Shown: positions 49,086-62,023 of the stretch, piece after piece
Layout: the number at the start of each line of letters is the position of its first letter
Numbering within the stretch: the first letter of the stretch is position 1
From: Callorhinchus milii
Taxonomy: Eukaryota
Reading direction: 5' to 3'
Assembly (NCBI RefSeq): GCF_018977255.1
Contig: NW_024704742.1
Location: forward strand, 10,418,001-10,482,000
Length of the DNA: 64,000 nucleotides
The notes under the pieces: generated by a model
Databases searched by the model: none
What the model was told of the DNA's origin: nothing
Seen by the model: the letters and a program-made list of their open reading frames with translations, nothing else
Program-made: the position numbers and the translations under genes

Positions 49086-51484
49086 CATTTTAGCTCCATA
49101 AGGTGTAAATTGCATCCATGAAAATATACCAATAAACTAGAAAATTAGGTGTTTAGCATGTGGGAACAAAGAAAACTACCATGTATTTTTAACACTGCTT
49201 CAGAATTCAACGGAGCACAGTAAATGTTAGGGAATTATTCTGAGTCCTTTGTCGGCTATCAATCGTACAGGAACTATGAAACAATTACACTTAGTTTAAT
49301 CTCCAGTATTGTTACTAGTAATATGTGAACATGTGTTTCAAAAAATATTTGAAATTTGACTGAAGACACTAAAACTATATTATTCTTAACCATTTGTTTA
49401 CCTTTGAGATGTCTCAAAGTGCTTCACAGAATATACTGTAAAGTGAATTGACTATAAGGTGACTTGCAGCTCTTGTTCCACTAGCATTTTAATATAGTAT
49501 AATACAGGACAGCCTTGCTACAGCATACCCCGGGTTGAATGTTGGTTCGCTTAAGAATGCGAGTATACTGTGGACAATGCTGCATGTGAGGTAAATGTGA
49601 CTTCTGGGGCTGTCAAGCTGGTTCCCTGTGCTAGGAGTTGGTCAAATACCAGGTGGTCGGGTTTCCATTGAATGTTATTTCCTGTGTGCTGCATATGTGC
49701 AGGAAGCACCACTTACCTCACTTGGCAGGACCCAGGAAACGTCAGCAGCGACCTGACAGCACAAAACTCTTTTCATTAACTTTGTTATAACATAGCCTCT
49801 GAGATATTGGGCCCAGATAAACGTGTTATAAAAGCATGATTTTTAACAGGATTCCTTACAAGGAATCTGAAAGAGAACTCACTTCCAGTAGATGTAATTG
49901 TATTACAGTAGAAAACCTGATCGACACGTACATTCCGTGAGAGGAGAGTTCCTGGGAATTGATGTGATGTACTTTGGATTCCTTTTTTCAGAAATCCTAT
50001 TAGAAATCGCTGCAAATTAGATCGCAAAATTGCAGCATATACTAAGCATTATTATTTGCTGATAACCAACTGCTTATTTCTAAAATGTGGACAGGACACT
50101 AAAAGACTGCAAAGTCGTGGATAACTGAAGTTATACAAAATGATTTTTTTTAAAAAATCACTTTGATATTGGATCTCGTCTGCCTGTTCAGACAACCTTG
50201 AAGGTCTTATAACTATTTCAAAAAAAAGGAGGGAGTTTCTCCTCGACAAAAATCTTCCGGATGAATTGGACTTTCCCTTCACGGCTGTTTGGGGGAACTT
50301 TGCTAAAGTGCAAAATGGTTGTGGTATTTGCCGACCCGGACAGTCACTACACTTTACAGCAACCGCCCAAAAACTACCCGAGAAACTCGTTGACCCATTT
50401 TGACATCAGCAGTTACACCGCCAATCACCGGAACTCCCGGTGAGTGAGTGAGTGAGTGAGTGAGTGAGGACACCCGTTCACTCCCTCCATCCATCTTTAC
50501 ACCACAGCTGAAGACCCTCCTCTCCCCCCCACACCGCCCGGTGCTGTGCTGAGACACTGACTGTCCTGTGTGATGGGCACTATATAAACACAAGTCGTTG
50601 TATGGGCCGCACCTCAAACACTAATCATTTTTATAAACAATCCTCGCGTTTGACGGACCATTTGGATCACATTGTCGAGACGTCTCCAAACGCTTCACAG
50701 AATATACTGTGAAATGAACTGACTGTGTGTGTGTTGCGGGCGCCGCCGCACAGGTTGAGGAGACATTTTATTTGAGGGATGAACGGCCACGAAACTGCGA
50801 GGAACACCTTCCTGACTCGGCGTCTCTCTCGCGCCCTCCGTCGGGCCCGCGCTCCCGCCGCCATTCAAACCGCCGCGCGCCTTCCAACCGAAGGCCACAT
50901 CGTGCGTTTGTAGCCCAAAGTGGGGCTGGAAAATAGCCCAACACTGGACTGCGATTTGCTATATAAAAAAGGGTAACAGGAGTGGGCCCCAATTTAAGGT
51001 GTAAGGCTTTCGAAACTGTAAGGAAACGTTTTCAAAAGGGAAACCCCAAAAGCCGTTGTTTTTCCTGCAGGGCTGTGTGAAAGTTTTTTTAAAAAATGTT
51101 TAAAAAATGAGGGACCCGCCCAAAGCTGTGCTCTCTTTGGTTTCCACGCGAGCGCAGCGAATAGCACGAAAATGCCGCCCAAGTGGGCGTGAGAGCCGCC
51201 CAAACCCGGGAGGTTGGTTCTGGGCCAACCGTCCGGCGGCTGCGCGCGCGGCGTCTCTCCTCCTTCGCCACCGCTATCACTGCGCAAGCGCAGTCCCTCA
51301 GCGTCCAGAGGGCGAGTCGGCGGCGGCGGCGGGTCGGAGCGGCTCCCCGACAAACGGCCCTCAGTGAGCACCGAGCAGCAGCTGCCCGGCCACCCCGCCA
51401 ACTAACTAACTAACCAACCAACCAACCAGTCAGCTAACCAGTCAGCCTCCCTCTCTCCCGCTTCTGCTCCGGGCGACGCACGAG

Positions 51485-51586
51485 ATGGAGGACAAAACGT
51501 TCACCAAAGAGTTGGACCAGTGGATCGAGCAGTTGAACGAGTGTAAGCAGCTGAACGAGAACCAAGTGAGGACCCTGTGTGAGAAG
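51485..51586 (+). CDS. PPP2CB: PP2A catalytic subunit beta, coding exon 1
   Basis: GAGATGG start context; [34 protein letters not shown] (LNENQVRT is the beta-type sequence; alpha has LSESQVKS); AAG|gtgagt donor; adjacent to TEX15 as in human. Confidence 0.97.
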
Positions 51587-51600
51587 GTGAGTGAGTGAGT

Positions 51601-51832
51601 GGGCCCCAGCCACCCGGCCCCGGGCGGGCCCCAGCCAGCCACCCGGCCCCGGGCGGGCCCCAGCCACCCGGCCCCGGGCGGGCCCCAGCCAGCCACCCGG
51701 TCAGCCCCGGGCGGGCCCCAGCCAGCCACCCGGTCAGCCCCGGGCGGGCCCCAGCCAGCCACCCGGCCCGGGGCGGGCCCCAGCCACCCGGTCAGCCCCG
51801 GGCGGGCCCCAGCCAGCCACCCGGCCCCGGGC
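51601..51832. repeat. GC-rich minisatellite, 8 units of 25/29/33 bp
   Basis: Unit GGGCCCCAGCC[AGCC]ACCCGG[TCAG]CCCCGGGC; unit lengths 25, 29, 25, 33, 33, 29, 29, 29. Confidence 0.95.
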
Positions 51833-53794
51833 GTGCCTTGTGTTTTAGTTTGACTGGAAACGGTCTTTTATCAGTCAGCGAGTCTCTCCCTCTCTCTCGG
51901 TGTGTGTGTATGTAAGAGAGAGGAGGAGGGGGCGGTGTGTGTTGCGCGGTGGTGATGATGGTGGTGGTGGTGCCGCCATCTTTTAGGCCCGGAGCCTGAG
52001 CGGCGGCTGCTAAATAGTGCGCCACTGCCACTGCGAGCGCCGCACCGCCTCGGCGCTGCCACATAGTGAGACCACGTTGCTCACGTCTCTCCTCCCCCTC
52101 CCGCGGCTTCTGACTGCCCATCTATCTGTGTCTGTCATCGCTCTCTCTCCATCGAGCTCTCTCTCACTACATATCTATATATCTATCGGTTTCTTGATTG
52201 GCGACTGATTTTGGGGCATAGATTGTGCCCCGTCACACGTAACCAACCGGTCGATGGTTGTACTGAAGCAGTTTTAGGAGTTACGTCATTCTGTGTTGGG
52301 GTGGGGGTGAGGAGGAAGAGAAGTGCTTGCATAACGTGTTTTATTATATATGCAGCCAGTATACAGGCTCCTGACTGTATGTTGACATATCACCAAGCCA
52401 TTTTCGCCTCCTGGAAGTCCATTTGTGGAAAAAAAGATTGCGAGTTCATGCCGAATCATACAGGTAGAAAGATTAATATCCACATATCCTATAATTGTGG
52501 AACCATTGTGCTTTTCAGAAGTCCTTCCTATTTAGACTCGGATTCAAAAATGCAGCGCTGTCAAATTAAGGTTATTATTAGAAAATTATATACTTTTCCA
52601 GAAATGGTCTGTGACAAGAGTATCTTAGCTATATTGTCTATACATATTTGCTACATCTATGTATTGATGAGATGTAAAAAAGGGGTATATGTGTTTTATT
52701 TAAGTGTTAAAAACATTTTCAAATTAATTTCCCATTAAACACATTGGGACTTTAAAATAGACTAGATGATCTAGAAGCCTTGCACTCTATAATTTGTGTT
52801 TATTTTAGGTGCAGTCATTATTTTTACGCATTAACTTGTCATTGACTTGACCCTCTTTTCCATTACACTTATTGCTGGCATTTAAGTTTGTATTTGTTTT
52901 TAGCTGCCCAGTGAAGGGAGTTTCTTGTGATGACCTGGCCAACACTCGCCCAAATTAAATTGATCATTCATTTCATGGCTATTTGTGGGACATTGCTGTG
53001 TGCAATTTGTCCGGCATGCTTTTCTACCAGATACTTTGTGTCCCAGGGTCATTTTATTTGGGGGATTGTTGGTCAGGACCCACTGAGAGAAACTTCCTGT
53101 TCTTTTTGATAGAATGGTCTTTAACTTTCACACAAAAGATAGATGGGATATTAGCATCTCAGCTGAAAGTCTTCACCTCCACCAGTACTGCATTGGAGTG
53201 TCAGCCTAGAGACTGAGTTGAAAGTCCAACGACCTTCTGTCTGAGAGCCAAGTGTTGACCCCTATTCCTCCATTCCCAGTTAAAAATGCATTAATCAATT
53301 CAGAGGATGACAATTGATTTTTGATACAAACTCAGTGTCAGATAATAGTTCTTTTTCCTTTGAATTATACTATTATTAGCATAACGGAATAGTGAGTCTT
53401 TGTTGCATTGCTAGAATAGTTGGAAACAGCTTTTTGTATTGTTCCAGGGAACTATTAAGTTAGAGGTTAAGGGGTTTTGTGCTCTAGGGGGGTGATGGCT
53501 CTTGCGAAGGGTTGTGAACAACAGAATAATATTTTTAGAGAATAAACCGCATGGGAGAAATAACCTTTTCAAGTGTACGATAGTTTCATGGTAACCTGGT
53601 AACTGGAAAGCATTGAGATCAATGAGGAAGTAGAAGAAATTTGTGAGATGACTGGTTCAAGAAGCAGATGTATGTAAAGTGCGGACCATATATGATGTCC
53701 CATTACAATGGTCTCCGTAAGGAAGCAAAGTATATGTGTGAATGGTATTTATTTATTTGGTCAGCTTGGTTGTTCTGATGAGTGCCAAACCTAT

Positions 53795-54160
53795 CAACAA
53801 CAACAAAATTACATTTGTATGTCACTTTTTACGTTGGGAGGACGTCACAAGGTGCTGGACAGTCAGAGTTTCAAACCCGAGCTGGGGGTTGGGATAGGGG
53901 AGGGTGGAGAGCAGCGGTTGAAGCAGGGTGATTGAAAGCATGGTCGAAGAGCAGGGTCTTGAGATGGGTCTTGAAGGTGGCAAGGGAGGGGGCGAGGCGG
54001 AGGGACTGCGGGATGGAGTTCCAGAGGGTGGGGGCAGAGTGGCAGAGTCACTGCCAAGTCACTGGTGGGGGAGCGAGGTTAGGGGCTGTGTGAAGCAGGC
54101 CAGAGCGGGCAAAATGGTAGGGGTGGTTTAGGAGGTTGCAGAGATAGGGGGGAGCAAGGA
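53795..54160 (-). mobile_element. L2 LINE 3' end
   Basis: caacaacaac tail and acgttgggaggacgtcac hairpin in reverse; closely resembles the reverse complement of 40600-40930. Confidence 0.8.
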
Positions 54161-55399
54161 TCACCATTTCACCATGTTTAGGATATCCAATCCAGACATT
54201 TCCATCTATATATTGGAACTTTCCTTTGTTGGGAATGGAGTGCACCCCTGATATTCCTTAGCCCAATTATTCCTTCGAACATTGCATCCAAGCTCTCACT
54301 AGCTCTGCCTTTCCTCATCATCACCTCCGGGCTGTATTATTTAAATGCCCTACTCGCTAGACTCCCGAGTACTTCTTACAAAGCTGCAGGCCATCTAGAA
54401 CTGTGCAACCCACGACCTCTTCTGCACTAGGCTCCCCAAGCCTATCACCTTCGTCCTAGCTCAGCTCCCAATCTTTCAGAAGTTTGAATTCAATCTTCTT
54501 GTCCTCACATAATTTGGCTTCATAGTCTTGTGTATCCTACTGCCTTAGCCACTCCCAATATTCGGCCTTGCCAGCATTTGGTGAGCCTTTGGCCATTCTA
54601 CCCACATTCTAAAATCTATTCAAAAGTCCCTCTGTTTTGCCTCCTCCTGCCTTCAAAATCTATCTTTATATCCATTTCTTCGATTTTGTTTTTGGCTACC
54701 TTTACCTTCTTAGGTCTCCTTCCTGTCACCTGCAGCATGGTCTCCCAGTCGGTTCTGTGAAGTACTTTGAAAATATCTTCCTGGTGTGAAAGGTAATTTG
54801 TTGTATGCTGCAAAGTACTAGGTGTAAATTGGCAAGAGCCATGGCTTGGGAAACCCAGAATGTGCATTGGAGTTTTGACTAGATCTTGTAGCTTACCATT
54901 GCAATATTTATCAAATGTCCCAGCTACAACCATCCTACCTGTTAGTGGTTTGGTTTGCAGTGATTGGTATTATGTTCCGTGGTTTTCAAAGAAAGAGGGA
55001 TTTATGACGAATACTTTGAAAACAGTTAATTAAAATATAAAGTGAACCCTTGAAGGCTCTGATTTTGTATCTCCCCATTTAATCCTGTGCATTGTCTTTA
55101 TAAAGGCAGTGCATTTATGCCATCTCAAATCACCTAATGAGAATAGTGCTACTATGTTCATTGGCAACATAATGATCATCTTTAATTCCATGTTGGAAGT
55201 CTCAACGTATCACAGTATTTATTATAGTGTAGCATTTTCAGTGTTGCTTATTAAGAGGAAGGACATGTGCAATAAAATTCATTGTGTGGGCCTGTACGTT
55301 GAGCAGAAAGTTAAACTTGTCATGGCTATTGCTGACTGCATTGGTAGAATTCAGATTACAAACCAGTTTGGCACATTGCATATTTGGTGAATCTAATCC

Positions 55400-55745
55400 T
55401 CTATCGTCTCGCCTGACACTCCAGTGCAGCGCTGGAGATTGCTGTATTGTTGGAGGTACCGTCCTTCGGATGAGAAGTTCAACTGAGGTCCCATCTGCAC
55501 ATTCATGTGGACGTTAAAGAGCCATGGCACTGTTTTGTAAGAGAAAGGAGTTTCTCCCAGTGTCCTGACCAACAATCCCCCAAATAAAACTAATCATTCA
55601 CTTTGTGGCTGTTTGTGGGGCATCGCTGCGTGGAAATTGGCTATCACATTTGGCTACAAAATACACAGTCACTATAGTTGGTCTGTGAAGCTTTTTGAGA
55701 CATTCTCCTGAAGTGAATGAAATGTAAGGATACTATCATTATTGT
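55400..55745 (+). mobile_element. Older Deu/SacSINE-like SINE
   Basis: ctgacactccagtgcag...gtccttcggatgaga...ggagtttctcccagtgtcctgaccaaca...ggctgtttgtggg...tail; related copies near 18320, 53040 and 58600. Confidence 0.75.
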
Positions 55746-56929
55746 ATCAGGTGAACAGGTTAAGATACTACCCCTCCCCCCACTAATCAATCACACTACC
55801 TACGTTTGTGGAAGGTCATAGTCTTTGGGGGTCTGGAACATATTTTTGTTTCCCTGCTCCAAGATGTTCATTTTCTGATTTTTAAAAAAAAGCAGAGTAG
55901 TCAACTTGTGGTAAATGCATCTGGTAAGGTTGGCCAACTTGAAGAATGTGCCATTGTGTGTGCCTACACAATGTTAGTAATTGAGCACTTGGCTCCATGG
56001 TTCATTTAGTTTTGGAACTGTTCCATTGCATTGGAAGCAAAAAGTTGAAACACTTCATTGCCCCTGAGTTTCTACAAACCCTGTAATTTGATCAGTAACT
56101 AATAGTTTATATATTGCTATTTAAAGCAGTGTAAACAGCTAAGTAGCAATTTTATCTTTTGTAATTAGAGGACTTGCTGCAAGATGCATTAATATTCTCA
56201 GTGATTATGTTTCTGTCTTATCCATTCAGGGCACAACACAACTCTGGTTCTCTCAGTTGTGCCCCCCTCTAGCTGTCTCAAAACCAGAATTATGGACCCC
56301 AGGAAGTCTTCAGGGTAGCCTGCATAGGAAGCTATGTCAGTTAAGTGAGCCAAAGTGCAAGAAATTCAGTTGACCTCGGGTTTTCTGAGTGAATGAGTGA
56401 ACATCTCCATGGTACCAACAGGTTAGGTTGTGTTCTTGGACGGTTTGATAACTGGCGAGCCATACAGTTCAGATCCTAAATAACTTATGTGCTTTTTAGA
56501 AACAACCTCTCTGGAGGATACTCCACTGGATGGTTGCCAGATGTTGTCCTCCAAAAATAGCCTGAGGTGACCAGCCAGGAGTATCAAGCACTTTTAAGAC
56601 GTCCTTCCGATGTGAAAAACACTATATAAATGCAAATTGTATTGTACAGTCCGGGTACATTATCTTATTCTACTTCTCCAGCTATCTGATATGTGCTCAT
56701 TGTGAAGAGGATACAACGATTAAAATTGCAAAGCCGTAACTGGTGCCTGCTGGGAAAGTAAATAGAAACACACCAATGCTCTGAGCTACGATAGTGGAGT
56801 GTGTAAAGATAGTGGAGTGAGTGTGAACTCACTCCTTTGATTCCCCACATGTTAAGTTTCTAACTTTCTGGTCATCTTCCTTGTTAAAGTTAATCAGGAT
56901 CTTTTTGGAGCTAAACTGGAAACGAGGTG

Positions 56930-57320
56930 ACATGTTTGCAAATAGAATGTCAAAATTAAGTCAACCCTCTGTGATGGACTCAGTAATCCAGTTCTTGAGT
57001 CAGGCGGGTCGGCAGTATTCCAGGGCACTGCTAATAGACCAGCCAGCCTGGCTCATTGGTAGGGTATGTAGGGCCAGATAGGTCACTGGAGGCAGGGATT
57101 CTTCCCACCAGCTCACATTAACCATGCAAGCCAAAGCCGTAATGGGCAAGGTGGTCCTAGCTGGAGAAGCTTGCCTGCAGCTCTCTGGGACGCTATCCTG
57201 TGTGAGGGCTGCCATATAAATGCATGTTGTTGTTGTTTAATAGCAAACAATATTGGTTAAACTCCAGCAGTATATGCCAACACACGCTCTGGGGTCCCCA
57301 ACTATGATTCTTGCCAGCCT
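56930..57320 (-). mobile_element. MITE-like family X copy, interrupted by an L2 tail (about 57175-57240)
   Basis: Reverse complement begins ggctggcaagaatcatagttggggaccccagagcgtgtgttgg and continues ccagctaggacc...ggctttggcttgc...gactcaagaac. Confidence 0.7.
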
Positions 57321-59004
57321 TCACCTTATACTCTGCAACTGGATAAACAGCATGCATCCCTCTGGGGAGATGCCTCTGGAGAATCCCTTTGGCATTCCAT
57401 TCCAAACAAAGAATTTCAATATGTAGGTGGGATGGTGGAATTCTGTTTGGTTTGGATAATTTTAAGCATGATGATTGGTTTCTATGTGAAGATGCCCAGC
57501 TGTTGGGAATGTAAAAGAAAAAAATAAGCCTTTCATAATGGAAATCACCACCTCCTGCATCTTGGGGCCACTACCGTCACACACACAGAGGGAGACATAC
57601 ACAGACAGACAGAGAGACACACACATAAAGAGAGAGAGACAAATGCATACAGAAGAGAGAGTCAGAATAAGAATTGGAGAGCAAAAAAATTTTAAATTGG
57701 CTTCTGTGCATTCATTGTATGTTTTTGAATGTTGATTCCATCTGCTTAAGTGGCTCATGTTTGCTCATAATGGAACAGTATTAACAGCAGCAATGAAGGG
57801 TGTTGCAAATCCATCTTTGCTAAACAGAGAGTCTATAAAAGGTCTTTTCATTTCATATTTTAAAATAAATGGATTTTCATTCATGTATTGATTGGTATGC
57901 TAAACCTTGCAGGAGTGATTTAAAGTAATTGCTGAGTTTTTACATTGTTCGGCTCCAGATGTATAATCTGTAATTAGTATTGCAGTAGATTTATTATATT
58001 CAAAATTGTCCTGGACCGATTATAATGATGGGATTATCAAATTGCTATGTCATGGTTTGTAATGAACAGTTAGCATCTTTCACAATTGAACCTGACTGAA
58101 ATGTTGCTCAAATTCCAGCTAAGTTGAATGTGTAGTATGTGAAATCTTTGCACACCTGCATTGTAGCCTGCAATATATTCAATTTTATTGGTCTTGTTTT
58201 TCCGAACTAGTCTGGAAAGAACATTTTGAGTTCAACACTTGGGTGCTGATGGTAGTACTGATGAGAGTGACCTAACTGTGAATTAAAAGCATGTAGAGGA
58301 ATCATTTTGGCTCAGAGTTAAAGTGTATCGGCTTAAAGTGCAGGTTTCCTACAGCATGATTGTGTTTGTTGTATTGCATGTGACTCAAAATAATGTAATC
58401 TGTTGGTAATTGTTGCTGTACTGCTCCTAATGACTCATGTTATTAACAGTTCTTCAAGAGAACTACTATATGTGGTTACTTGCTTCTATAGACCTTCAGA
58501 AGTTATTTGTCAGTATACAATAAGAAGTATTACAATATTGGAACTATTTTTAATTAAGAATTAAATGGTAAGGACTACAGAATAGATTTGCTCAGTCACT
58601 TCTGGGTCAGGGTCATCACGGTTCATGCCAGTACTTCAGTACTATTGAAGCACTGCATTGTCAAAGGTGTTGTCCTTCAAATGAAATGTTAAACTGAGAT
58701 CCCATCTGTCTCTTCAATTTGATGTTAAAGATACCACAGAGTATTCAAATAGAAAAGGGAGTTTCTCCCAATATTCTGGCCAATAGTCCTCCAGATAACT
58801 AGGTCATTCACCTCATGGCTGTTTGCGGAATCTTTCTGTCTGCTGATTGCTGTTGTGTTTTGCCTAAAAATAGTCGCCTTACTTGACCGCAATCACCTGT
58901 GAAGCTCTTTCAAATGTCTGAAAGTTGTAGGGGCTATATCAAATGGAGGGATTATTAATACAACCCAAACATGCAGTGGATATAACCTTTACTTATTTTA
59001 GTAA

Positions 59005-59274
<270 letters not shown>

Positions 59275-60467
59275 TGAGTCTTATCCTGGAACACATTAAC
59301 TTCTTTTGTTAAAAAAGCCAGTGGATAACTGCCAATCAAAATGCTGTTCAATTAATATTGTTTCTGTCCGGTTACAACAATGGGAAATGTCCTGATTTTT
59401 ATTGTACCAAAACTTGGATAATTCTCACTTCTCACCATTTTTGAAAGCTTTGGATCAGAACTAGAGCTGAAAATAAAATTATCGAGAATGTAACCGAAAA
59501 CAGAATTGGAGACTTGGAAATGCAGATAAATAAATCGACTCTGACCAAGTCCGCTTTGCTCCATCTCCACAACATTGCCTGCCTCTGCACCACATCAGCC
59601 CCCAACATTGCTGAAACCCTCATTTACAGCTTAGTCACTTTTACTTGTCAGCAAGCCAACCTCTGCCATTCACAAGCTCCAGATCATCCCTTTCTTTGCA
59701 GCCTGCATTCTTTCTCGCACTAGGCTCCACTAGCCCATCACTCCCATCCTTGTCCAGTTCCACTAGCTCCGCATTCCCCTCTGGATCAACTTTTTGGATT
59801 CTTGTACTTGCCTTTAAATGTCTTTGCGCCTTGTCCAACCCTTCTCTGCTATCTTCTGCGACCCTCAGTCCTCGCTGCTACCCACTCAGCTAATTTCGTG
59901 TTTTCCTGTTCACCACCATCCCCAGTGATATCCTCCCTAATCTACAGATCATTTTGAACTCTGCCTGCCATATTCCTTGCAGTAGACTCGCATGAATACT
60001 TGTTCAGCTCCACTGGCTTCCTAACCACCAAAAGATCAGCTTTAAGATCGTCGCCCTTATCTTCAAATGCCTCTGGAATTTGTTCATTCCTGGATCCTCT
60101 TCTTCCTTTCTACCTCCCCTCCAAACCCCACTCCCCACCCAATTTTGTCCTTACCTTGTCTCTTCTATATCAACTAGTTTAGTTATCAAATCTCTGGCTT
60201 CACTGCCTGGACTCTGCCCGGCACTGGAATGTTTACTGTCATTTGCTGTTTCAATTGGTCCGGGAACTCAACATTACTTTAATTAAAAAAATATCTTGTC
60301 AGTCAAATGACTGACGCATAGAGAAACCCATCATGGTGCTTAAGAGTATTCAAACCAGACTGAAATTTCCATGCCATCTTTACATGAAAATTCCCATGTT
60401 TGGAAATGAATGTGCACCATCTCCCCAAAAAGATGTGTTCTGGTTACTTAATTCTATAGAGTATTTA

Positions 60468-60798
60468 TTATAATAATAATAATAATAATAATAATCCTTG
60501 CATTTGATATAGCGCCTTTCACGTCGGGAGGACGTCCCAAAGAGCTTCACAGAACACAATGTAAAGTGAATTGACTGTATATTTGTGGGCGAACGCGGCA
60601 GCCAATTGCGCACAGCAATGTCCCACAAACAATCGTAGATTGAAAATGACCAATTTATTATTGTTTTTTGTTTTGGAGGGATTATTATTAGGCGTGTGGA
60701 GTAAGGAAACTTGCCCAAGGTCTCGCTCTGCCTGGAATTGAACTCGGGTCTCTCGCTTGCAAAGCGAGTGCTCTAACCACTGAGCTACAGGACTCCAC
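60468..60798 (-). mobile_element. SINE short subfamily, full length, apparently young
   Basis: Intact tRNA-like head (TGC loop), Deu core, ACGTC-CTCCC-GACGT hairpin, long (ATT)n tail. Confidence 0.92.
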
Positions 60799-60813
60799 CG
60801 GAGTCACAGTTAG

Positions 60814-61175
60814 CACAGGTTGACAAGATCCAAGGCTTGTGGACCCCAGAGTATGTGTTGCGGTACTGCTGGAATTTAGCCAGCTAAAACCGCGTAACTT
60901 GCCATTGAAAGCACTGTCTGGCAAGCTTTTCTGCTGCTTTTCCAGCTAGGGCTTGTCCAGCTACCTGTTAGGGCTTTGGTTTGCAGAGTTAACGGGAGCT
61001 AACTGGGAAGAGTCCCTGTCACTTGTATGTCCATCCAAATCCTGCTGGGGAACCAGGCTGGTTTGGCTGTCATCAGCAGTGGCTTTGAATACTGTGGATT
61101 TACCTGGCTCAGAAACCAGACTATAGAGATTGCTTCAGAGGATTGAATCGATTCCCAACATTCTGTTGCCAAGAA
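60814..61175 (+). mobile_element. MITE-like family X copy
   Basis: caggttgacaagatccaaggcttgtggaccccagag...ccagctaaaaccgc...ttagggctttggtttgcag...cctggctcagaaac...gttgccaa. Confidence 0.7.
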
Positions 61176-61786
61176 TGTCACCTTGGAGCCAGTTCAAGAA
61201 GACTGCGCTTGCCTCTTTCTCCCCTCCTTCCAGGATAGTCACCAGTTGATTATTTGGCATCTAACGAGCGAAGGTTTGAGCCCTCGCTAAGTGGATGGCA
61301 GGTACCAGAAACTCTACGTGAGGTTCCTGGTAAGCAGCTCAGCATGAAATGCATGAGAGCTTTGTCACATTTATTCACATAACTGTAGCAGCCATATCAA
61401 ACGTAAATGTTTCAACTGGTCTATCTGAGAAGAACTCGTGTCCTAAGGGAGCAGGCCGTTATAAGCTAACTGATATTATTTGTAAATAGATAGGTGAAGG
61501 CTAAAAGGGAAAACGTCAAACTGTGATGATGTGGTTTTCATGCAGCATATGGAATCTACTTTTCTTGTATAGTATGTGGATAATAGTGTTTTGATTTACA
61601 TACTTTAAACAACTTAGAATGTTTTTAGAAATCCAAACTATTTTTAAACTAAGGTCTCAATTAACTCGTGCCATAAATTAGGTTTCTGATGGCTACTATG
61701 CTTGTCCATGTCCAGTTGCTAGAACTTACTTTAATATACGACTGTTGTGAATGTTTTATGAAAATTAATGCTTATTTATTTATTAA

Positions 61787-62023
<237 letters not shown>

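Larger units (their letters stand above)
50730..52150 (+). promoter_or_regulatory. PPP2CB: CpG island / promoter of PPP2CB
   Basis: Sharp rise in GC and CpG spanning exon 1; GC boxes; YY1 consensus GCCGCCATCTT at 51972-51982; TATATAAA at 50960-50967. Confidence 0.85.

Noticed and set aside
50955..51065. TATATAAA followed about 95 nt later by a T-run, as a possible Pol III small RNA gene
   Set aside because: No recognisable PSE, internal boxes or known RNA similarity.
51434..52210. Multiple short ORFs across the CpG island
   Set aside because: By-products of high GC content and the minisatellite, or the antisense of exon 1.
60720..60798. tRNA-Ala/Val-like genes (also near 3112, 4440, 7308, 9466, 10026 and 45260)
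   Set aside because: Each continues into SINE body sequence and carries scattered stem mismatches; they are SINE heads rather than bona fide tRNA genes.
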